A stretch of DNA of 64,000 bases from Candidatus Tayloriibacteriota bacterium (GTDB lineage: Bacteria; Patescibacteriota; Minisyncoccia; Phycocordibacterales; CAIRYW01): assembly GCA_029288615.1 (NCBI GenBank), contig JARIGV010000003.1, forward strand, positions 1,068-65,067, given 5' to 3'. Below the pieces are notes generated by a model. It was given only the letters and a program-made list of their open reading frames with translations, was not told where the DNA came from and did not search any database. This document shows, piece by piece, positions 63,377 to 64,000 of this stretch. How positions within the stretch are numbered: the stretch's first letter is position 1; every line of letters starts with the position of its first letter. Both the position numbers and the translations under genes were made by a program.

Positions 63377-63658
63377 ATGTGTACCGAAAAGCTCTCTATG
63401 GACCAAAAACCGACCGCAACCGCGGAAAAGCCTCAAGCTGAAAAACCTCACGTTACCGTCCTCTCACCGGTGTTGGAGAAATTCCAAAGCGGTAAAGAGT
63501 TGTCACAGCTCCTACCTGCAACTTACGAGCTCCGAGCTGGTGATATCATTCCGGCCTGGTGGCACGGTGAGGAGCGCGGCACTGCGGAAATCATCAACGT
63601 CGAGCCGGCTGAGAAAAATAAATCGATGGCTCGAGTGACATACAAAAAGGCATCCTGA
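63377..63658 (+). CDS. Hypothetical protein
   Basis: Start trimmed to the ATG preceded by aaaggtgtaatg (SD-like); 93 aa; no motifs. Confidence 0.3.
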   Translation: MCTEKLSMDQKPTATAEKPQAEKPHVTVLSPVLEKFQSGKELSQLLPATYELRAGDIIPAWWHGEERGTAEIINVEPAEKNKSMARVTYKKAS

Positions 63659-63718
63659 CCGCACACAAAGCGGTCAATTTTTATTTATAGTTTATTTCCA
63701 GACTATTACAGTTTAGAT

Positions 63719-64000
63719 CTAGTTTTTGATCTCTTCCAAAAGATCATCGAGGTCTTTGTATCGCGGAAGGACCTGCTGGTTATGCATCATCCAGAAGAAG
63801 TTTGGATTGAATGCTTTGATGAATTCGTAGTCGTGAGTGACAAGAAGTATTGAGCTCTTTGAGTTCACGCATGCAGCAAGAAGGATTTCCCAAGTGACTT
63901 CGTCGATATGATTTGTGGGCTCGTCGAGAATGATGAAATCGGGCTTTAGTCCAAAGACGATAGCAAAACGAAGACGCATTCTCTCCCCTCCTGAAAGATT
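63719..64000 (-). CDS. ABC-F-type ATPase, C-terminal part (5' end outside the window)
   Basis: Reading through the window edge: ...LSGGERMRLRFAIVFGLKPDFIILDEPTNHID... (ABC signature + Walker B), then a C-terminal tail ending at the 63719 stop. Confidence 0.6.
   Translation of the reverse strand, partial: NLSGGERMRLRFAIVFGLKPDFIILDEPTNHIDEVTWEILLAACVNSKSSILLVTHDYEFIKAFNPNFFWMMHNQQVLPRYKDLDDLLEEIKN

Noticed and set aside
1-64000. Searched by eye for CRISPR repeats, tRNA cloverleaves (long intergenic regions 1007-1114, 23894-24047, 43624-43689, 59912-60318), rRNA, IS inverted repeats/transposases and integrases
   Set aside because: No regularly spaced direct repeats, no tRNA-like acceptor/anticodon structures, and no transposase/integrase motifs (DDE, tyrosine recombinase R-H-R-Y) were recognised. 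Absence is by inspection only; tRNAscan/Infernal would be decisive.

Overview
The window is densely coding (about 85 supportable CDS), AT-rich (I estimate about 40% GC by eye) and bacterial, with no rRNA, tRNA, CRISPR array, transposase or integrase that I could recognise. Many genes use GTG/TTG starts, and several strong Rho-independent terminators are visible. Gene content is consistent with a small-genome, possibly Patescibacteria/CPR-like organism, but that is inference only: an ECF sigma next to a putative anti-sigma with a C-terminal domain I take to be DUF5667-like; many secreted S/T/N/G-rich proteins; a giant tail-fibre-like surface protein; scattered nucleases; and a partial central metabolism (pgi plus a Zwf-Gnd-PfkB operon). 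Recognisable blocks are listed below.

- **Start of window:** the 3' end of RNase J.
- **Transport:** an MsbA-like ABC exporter; an EamA permease next to an ABC ATPase and permease with no binding protein.
- **Efflux:** a MarR - HlyD - HlyD - DHA2-MFS (EmrAB-like) locus with a clear palindromic operator.
- **Accessory stretch (24-29.3 kb):** a higher-GC BI-1/YccA gene; a secreted thermonuclease; a 4-Cys PD-(D/E)xK nuclease; an IPT/TIG surface protein; a glutaredoxin; and a translationally coupled ParB-like - Pif1/HTH helicase pair.
- **Glycosyltransferases:** a DedA - GT4 - GT2 - PAP2-like block.
- **Methionine sulfoxide repair:** an extracytoplasmic MsrB-MsrA-thioredoxin-CcdA operon.
- **Envelope glycosylation locus (43.7-50 kb):** a GT39/PMT-like mannosyltransferase; a PilZ-less cellulose-synthase-like GT2; a GH8 endoglucanase; a GtrA-like protein; and a polyprenyl-phosphate sugar synthase.
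- **Cell-surface cluster (50.9-58.2 kb):** ends in a 1308-aa protein with tail-fibre-like repeats, a PA14 domain and a C-terminal S74 intramolecular-chaperone domain.

**Most likely novel system:** an AT-rich island at about 60.17-63.1 kb carrying one 902-aa protein (an unknown ~500-aa N-terminal region fused to an SF1B RecD/Pif1-like helicase). Its insertion appears to have truncated a VOC/glyoxalase gene, leaving a 3' remnant and its orphan terminator. I regard it as a candidate single-gene defence or mobile cargo element.
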